A stretch of 58,465 nucleotides of DNA from Bigelowiella natans CCMP2755 (taxonomy: Eukaryota > Protista > Cercozoa), in assembly GCA_000320545.1 (NCBI GenBank), contig ADNK01003413.1:1-58465 (forward strand), in the 5' to 3' direction. The position numbers and the translations under genes were made by a program. Below are positions 52,628-58,465 of the stretch, piece by piece. A model generated the notes under the pieces. The model saw only the letters and a list, made by a program, of their open reading frames with translations. It had not been told where the DNA came from and did no database searches. Every line of letters starts with the position of its first letter. Position 1 is the stretch's first letter.

Positions 52628-52862
52628 GCATATTTTTTAATATTACTCACCGAGGACGAGTGCATGTTGTCTAATAACGGATACTGCGAAAAGATTGACC
52701 GAATCACATCTACTCCTGGGGGTGCGACAACAAATTACGGCTAAAACATCCACAGCACATGCATGGAGCTGCAACAACAACAACAACAACTACTACTACC
52801 ACTACATCTCGGCTCGGTCGAAAGCAGAAGAAAGAAGGAACATTCCCTCCAGGATCCTCGGG
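52517..52862. promoter_or_regulatory. Bidirectional promoter region with ~100-bp inverted leader elements (arms 52517..52630 and 52770..52862)
   Basis: Both arms read (CAA)n-CATCTCGGCTCGGTCGAAAGCAGAA...GGAACATTCC...CCAGGATCCTCGGG, each toward its own gene. The regulatory role is inferred from position only. Confidence 0.6.
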
Positions 52863-54325
52863 GCGTTGATGCATCGAAGAAGAGCAGACAGATATAGACT
52901 CAAAACTCAAACAAACATTCGCAACTCAAAACACACAATCGATATGAACAAGACTACTTTCATCTGCAGTACCTGCAATGCAACCTTCGTCTCTAGGCCC
53001 GCGCTTGAGTCCCATCTGACTCAGAGCAAACACCGTACGTCTGGCCGCGGAAGAGGGGGAAGACGTGGGCGTGGGCGTGGACGTGGACGTGGACGTGGAA
53101 GCGGAGGAGGAAGAGCTAGTGTTTTTTCCTCTTCAGCTGGTGTTCTAATCCCCCATGGAGGACGAGGGGGTCAAGGAGGACGTGGAAGAGGGGGCAGAAC
53201 CGTCATTAGGCGCACTCATAGTGTCGTCACAATATCATCAGAGAAAAAAACGCGTAAGCCATTCTACTGCTCCTTACTGGTGGACAAATCTGGGTCTATG
53301 GCTGGATCAAAACTTGAGGAGGCTTTCAATGGTGTCGAGAATCTTCTCAAAGTGCTCCGCCCTAAGGATTTTGTGACGTTCAGAGCATTCAACCACAACG
53401 TTGACACAGCGTTCGTTGGTGTTAAGGCTCACAAAGTCAATGTGAAAAGAATGAGAGCAAACACCAAGAGTGGAGGCTGCACTGCATTGTTCGATTCAGT
53501 GAAAGCTGCTGCTGAGGATTTCAAAGAGAGCAATTTCAAACCTCTCATGATACTTCTCACCGACGGAGATGACACTAGTTCGACCTGCTCAGCTGCTGAC
53601 GCTCGCAATGCGCTGCTAACAGCAGCTCGTAAACACAAAGGTTTTCGAGCCGTTTTGCTCTCTGTGGGAAATGATGGCCTTCAACAGTTGAAAACAATGG
53701 CCAAAGGCATTCGTGGTGTTGATGTTCATTCTGTTGAGCAAAGTGCCACCGGTGTCAAAAAAGCCTTTCAGTGGGTATCGACACATGTGACCAAAATCAT
53801 TAGACAGGAGCAGCAGCTAGTAATTTCACACAACGGCTGCATCAAAAATGGCAACAAAGTCAATAGAAAACTAAAATTTTTTGATTAGAGTTCCTTCAGC
53901 AATTCAGAATTTGAGACCAGAAAAGAAAAAGAAAAAAAAATCAAACAAAAGCGACAAGCAAGAAAACAATTAACAAAATTCAAACAGAGAACAAGAAAAG
54001 GAAGAAGGATGGCATTTGATCTCAACAAACAATTCTTCAAGCACTTCTTCTTCTTCTTTTTCCTCCTGTGTGATGTGAACATACAAGTCATTCTTTTCAC
54101 ATTGAACGAACAATTTTTTCCATCAACAAAGTGATCATGTGATCGTTTCAGTGCGCAACTCGAACACAATGTGTATGCAGCATGCGTGACGCCTTTGTCA
54201 ACATGTCTAGATGTACATATGATGACACTCGATCGCAGCAACGCACTCACGCAAGACAAGCCGCGCCAATGCTGGCGAAAGTGTTGAACCATGCTGCAGC
54301 AGACGTGATCAGCAACATGAACGCT
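52693..54325. repeat. Right arm of the inverted duplication (partner ~31930..33557)
   Basis: Reverse-complement match to the left arm. Confidence 0.95.
52944..53888 (+). CDS. Intronless C2H2 zinc finger + RGG box + vWA protein, copy 2
   Basis: 314 aa from ATG 52944. Identical to copy 1 except for an extra RG and FSSS versus LFPS in the linker. Confidence 0.88.
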   Translation: MNKTTFICSTCNATFVSRPALESHLTQSKHRTSGRGRGGRRGRGRGRGRGRGSGGGRASVFSSSAGVLIPHGGRGGQGGRGRGGRTVIRRTHSVVTISSEKKTRKPFYCSLLVDKSGSMAGSKLEEAFNGVENLLKVLRPKDFVTFRAFNHNVDTAFVGVKAHKVNVKRMRANTKSGGCTALFDSVKAAAEDFKESNFKPLMILLTDGDDTSSTCSAADARNALLTAARKHKGFRAVLLSVGNDGLQQLKTMAKGIRGVDVHSVEQSATGVKKAFQWVSTHVTKIIRQEQQLVISHNGCIKNGNKVNRKLKFFD

Positions 54326-54900
54326 GATGCACGCCGTGCACATGTCGCTTCCACAATGCACACAACACACGCTAGCACGTGTTGTGTTGCGTTATTGACA
54401 GTCCGCATGACAAATGTACGTTCCCATTTGCAATGGACATAGTGATGCAACATGTGTGGCACCTGTATTGCATCACATTCTCTGTAATATCTCATATGCA
54501 ATACTAGCGACTCACTCTAACACTGTTTGTGGTGAATCCCACATCTTGACTTTTGCAGTCTTGCAGACATACAATTGTCAATGCAGGTAAGAACATGGAT
54601 GGTCACGACACAGGGTTCCAACTGCAGTGCCCACCACACACGCACACGTGCTGTGTGATCTTTGCACGCTACGCAGCCACGGCATTGGTCAATTGATCTC
54701 CTGCTGTGTGTGCATTGCATTGCTAGATTGCAGCGGTGCACACACGTACGCGCATGCGTCGGTAAGAATTCTTCCTCTCTTTTGTTATTTGTTGCAAAGT
54801 CGCAATGGTGGCTGCTGGCGACAGTGCAACGTGCCGATGCAATGCACAGACGACATCACAAGCACCGAACTTGTGTGCATTGGAACACACATGCACAGCG

Positions 54901-54902
<2 letters not shown>

Positions 54903-54946
<44 letters not shown>

Positions 54947-55143
54947 ATCAGAGGTGCGGGAGAGATCTGAGCTGAACTCACGGAGTTTTGTATTGAAATG
55001 CAAATTGCAGCTAGCTTCTCAGTGTGTTCTGGATGCGATTTAGACGAGCCACATGCATGTGGCATGTGCTGACGCAACCGTGCATGTGCACCCACTGCAC
55101 TGCAGCAACCCACATGTTTCATGGGCTGCAAAATAAGTGACAG
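54903..55143 (+). repeat. Diverged direct repeat, copy B
   Basis: Colinear match to 49633..49854. Confidence 0.85.
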
Positions 55144-55165
55144 TGACAAACACATAGCTTCCTGC

Positions 55166-56336
55166 TCAAGGTGCGTCAATCTTCGTTGGTGAACAGAATA
55201 TCATGTTCCCACACCCGCAAATTCCAACCCTAGAAATCCCTCCAAGCTTGCTGAGATCAGGAAAATGTCTGTCATCTGCAAAGTGCATTTCCAGCCCAAA
55301 ACACACCCCGAGAAGGCCGGTTGTGATGTCAAGTTTCGTTGCTAGCCAAAAGTCGTTATCATTGGTCGGGCAAATCAACTCTTCACCATCCTCGTCTATC
55401 GCTTTTTCAACGATTGAAGGCATCAGTGGTTTGGGGATGGGCCACGTGTTGGCAGGGAGAAAGCTCGGAGTGCGGAAAAAAGAAGCTTCATATATTGACT
55501 TCTGTTCAGACTTGTCACCGGCAGAGTCTTTGAGAGACACCGTGACTCGACGATGGAAGTAGTTCTCCTCGCTCCAGGTAAATTTGGCCAGCCCGGATTC
55601 CCCAATTTTTCCTCCCTTGCTTGACTGAGGCAATGGAAGAGACATAAATCCTGGTCACAAGTCGATCTGCGAGGAAAGGTTTCCGAGCTGTTCCTTTCGG
55701 CTCGAAGGCCTCTGGGATGAGTAAGAGCTCATCATACGGCCCGACAGGGAAATCGGAGTAGCGAACCAGCATTACAGCGCCAAACCCGGAGTAGAGGAAA
55801 TCCTTCTGGTCAGCATCCGACGTGAGATGCAGATCCACTCGGGCACGGTCGAACTTGCTGGCGTCCAACGGGAAAACATACGACTCAGCTACTTTCAGCT
55901 GCCACGGATGTGATGGTGGTGCAACCCTCTTCGATCCCAGCATATTGCCATCACATGCGGTAGAAGAAGAAGAAGTAGAATATGCAGGTAGTCCGAGCAG
56001 CGGTCTCCATTCTTGGAACTCCCTCCCAGAGGAATTTGTAGCTGAGCCAAATTCCGAGGTATGAAGCCACAAAGTACAGGACGAGTGGTAGGTACTGCAG
56101 AAGAAATTGGAAATTGAAGTGTCAATTGAGCACGACGTGGCCGAGTTGACTCTCGTCGAGTTGGGTCAGCAAGAGATTCAGCGCCTCGTAGACCGCTGCG
56201 GCGTCCGCTTCTTGAGGGGGAGAATTCGGTTCGTGCTTTGCCACATCACACACGATGAGCAGGCATTCATGAATGGTTAAAAGAATGTTCTTATGCATGA
56301 TGGAACAGAGATACTAACCTCGGCGTTTATTTCCAT
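55166..56336 (-). pseudogene. Acetoacetate-decarboxylase-like superfamily gene with a frameshift (pseudogene or assembly error)
   Basis: PWQLK, GAVMLVRYSDFPVGPYDELLLIP and VTRIYVSSIASVKQGRKNWGI are in one frame. The expected continuation LAKFTW is in another frame, with only CGGG between (~55591-55594). Confidence 0.65.
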
Positions 56337-57034
56337 GTGATTCTGAAGCAACTGTCCTCCCAAAAAGTTTGTTTAAGAAGAATTAAAAAAATGATGCATC
56401 CATTCAAAGCTGGATTCACTCGAAGTAATAAATTTCGAGAATCGATGATGGAGCAGAGATTCGTTCTAGCCAACATCAAATGGAGTACTTAACGCCAGAT
56501 GTCAAATACTGCGGCCTTCTCTGGATCACTTCCGATCACTTCCGATCAAGCCATGCGAAACCGCCTCAAGTCTTCGGTGCGCGTCCTACGTGGACGTCCG
56601 ACGAACGGCAAAACCAGGCCCGCGTCGAACACCTTCGAAAATGCTCCGGAGCGAATGCGCAAAGAAAATTTTGGCGACAGAGAGCTGTCTTCCCGCAAAA
56701 TCCGGCGGCGTTCATTCCGACGGTGAAGGAAAGAAAAGGGACGCGCGGGTATGGCGAGTGGGGCAACGGGCACGGGCACCCGTCGGAAAGAGCTGGAACT
56801 GATCTCTTTTACGACACCTGAGGATTTTCTCCTTGTCAGGCCCAAAAAGACTTGTCGTACTTCAAAAAGACGTTCTTTTAGTACGCTTTTTCTTTCCATA
56901 CAATTCAATAATCAACATGTGTGATCACCTTGGAACAATTGAGGAGCACGATGGGGCTGCAACCAGATCTTTTGGGTGGATTTCCGTAAATACCCGGGAT
57001 TGTACGTCAAAGCGTGGGCGGAAACGTGGCGATT

Positions 57035-57070
57035 TTAGGGTTGATTAGGTTAGGGTTAGGTGTTAGGGTT
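57035..57070 (+). repeat. Degenerate TTAGGG (telo-box-like) cluster in a divergent intergenic region
   Basis: TTAGGGTTGATTAGGTTAGGGTTAGGTGTTAGGGTT. Confidence 0.7.
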
Positions 57071-57619
57071 CATGGATTTCTTGAGGATTTCCTGATTTCC
57101 GAAGGATTTCCATGAATTATGCGACTAATTCGGGCTGTTCCTGGGCTTTTCGAGAATGGCAGCGATGTTGCTAAGGCTGAGTGGTGCATCTTGCCCAGCA
57201 TTTCAAGCGGGGGATGACCGAGGAATCCCATCCTAATTTAGCTTGTGACTTCAAAGAAGGGAAGGCGCAGCGATTAAAGAAAAGCGACAGGCGGTCGACT
57301 GCAAATATTTTAAGAGGTTTCTGTGTCTGAAAAATCTTGAAATTTCACCTAAGTTCTCAGCCTGCCCACAATGGCGCGTGTCTTCCGGGTACAGTCCCCC
57401 CACCACCACATCTCTGTTTTTTCCGGAATGGGAGGACAACGGGGCGTCTATTTTCATACAATTTCCCGCAGAGCCAGATTGTTTCTGTTCGATTCTTGAT
57501 CTTGCATTGCCACTCACCAGAGCGACTCTGACGTATCGTAAAAATCAAGGAAGAGTCTGAAAATCTGACATCATGCCATTGCTTCAGGAGCAGCACTAAG
57601 TATCAAAGCTTCACAAGAT

Positions 57620-58465
57620 ATGAGCGACCGAACATGTGCCTCTGAATCAAGGCGCTGGAGTCCCTCGCTTGTTCGACAGCTGTTGCTGGCCGCGATCTTC
57701 ATTGCTGCCCTAACCACTGCCACCCAAAGACACCTAGCCCTCACTTTGAACAGACATATCGCCAGGATACCCAGCAACCCAAGAATCCTCGCCCGACTTC
57801 GAAGTAGATGTGGAGGAGGACGTGTGATGGCGAACCAACACCCCAGTAGGAGCTCAAGAGGTACCGAGATGGTCGTATTTATGCTGCTTTCGCTGTCAGA
57901 TCGATGCATATCTACCCGTGTGCTCGAAGAGTCTTTGCCATTGATTTCTTAAATCCACAGGCCATGCCAAGGGAGGAGTCCACAACAACTTAGTCTGGGG
58001 TAGTGGTGATGGCGGTAGAGAGCTTAAGAAGTTGCTGTCATTCTCCTCGTCCTCCCCTTCGCTCGATGGGGCCCGACAGTGCGTCGAGCCGTCGAGATCC
58101 TCGGAACATCAAAGACCCCTCTCCGGGACGATAGATAAGAGAAAGCAGGCTAAGAACGAGTATGGCAGGAATGACTTCGAATCACCAGAAGAGCTGGAGG
58201 AGTTCCTCCGCGGTCGTGGGTTTGATCTTCGTCTCTGGGGCAAGGTAGTACATGTGTCGTCTGCGTAGAAGCCGCAGCTTCTGCCTCGCCGCCCGCACTT
58301 TCTGTTCTTATTTGACCGCCGCACTATTTCTTCTCGTCATTGGTAGGGTACAAGCAAAGGCGCTTTCGAGCTATGGAACGAGCTGCAGGCAAAGGAGTCG
58401 GTTTTGTTCATTTTGAGGTAGCACAGACAAATCGGGAGGGGAAGGGGGGGGGGGGGGGGGGGGGG
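57620..58465 (+). CDS. 5' part of a protein with a bipartite signal/transit-like leader, resembling the N-terminus of plant/algal Nudix-like proteins; truncated by the window end
   Basis: Hydrophobic LLLAAIFIAALTT followed by an Arg/Ser-rich stretch. Later exons read FESPEELEEFLRGRGFDLRLWGK and GTSKGAFELWNELQAKE. Family call is from motif memory only. Confidence 0.5.

Noticed and set aside
52695-52943. 83-aa N-terminal extension of vWA copy 2 in the ORF track
   Set aside because: It starts at a non-ATG codon, crosses the (CAA)n leader, and the equivalent frame in copy 1 is closed by a stop. ATG 52944 matches copy 1.
31930-54325. Inverted arms as terminal inverted repeats of a giant DNA transposon or Maverick/Polinton
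   Set aside because: No transposase, integrase, polB or capsid gene is visible. The interior holds ordinary intron-rich genes such as AUH, and the outer ends fade rather than ending sharply at a target-site duplication.
51562-57070. TTAGGG tracts as a true telomere or chromosome-fusion scar
   Set aside because: Only a few degenerate units occur at each of two sites, one inside an intron and one in a promoter region.
1-58465. tRNA or rRNA genes and autonomous transposon ORFs
   Set aside because: None were recognised by eye. A tRNAscan/Rfam/RepeatMasker run would be needed to exclude them.

Overview
Intron-rich eukaryotic nuclear DNA from a protist or alga. Short GT-AG introns, SSR-filled introns and bipartite signal+transit leaders suggest a secondary-plastid alga, possibly a chlorarachniophyte (inference). 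About 15 genes are supported: an RCC1-repeat protein, a CNNM metal transporter, a bacterial-type photolyase/cryptochrome, a one-exon-per-repeat ankyrin gene, a trypsin-like protease, a NUMOD3 protein, an ankyrin/prolyl-4-hydroxylase/ShK protein, two inverted copies of an intronless C2H2-RGG-vWA gene, two coiled-coil genes, AUH, a SLOG(cpYpsA)-Nudix fusion, a frameshifted acetoacetate-decarboxylase-like gene and a partial Nudix-like gene. The most striking unexplained signal is a regional, polarised loss of TpA (to TpG or CpA, sparing CTAG) in gene 3' flanks and duplicated DNA, like RIP in reverse. Also notable are a DARPin-like tandem exon array that varies at binding-surface positions, and a ~5 kb SLOG-Nudix/vWA cassette between diverged direct repeats whose two genes share an inverted leader element. 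All gene models and counts were made by eye; no database searches were run.
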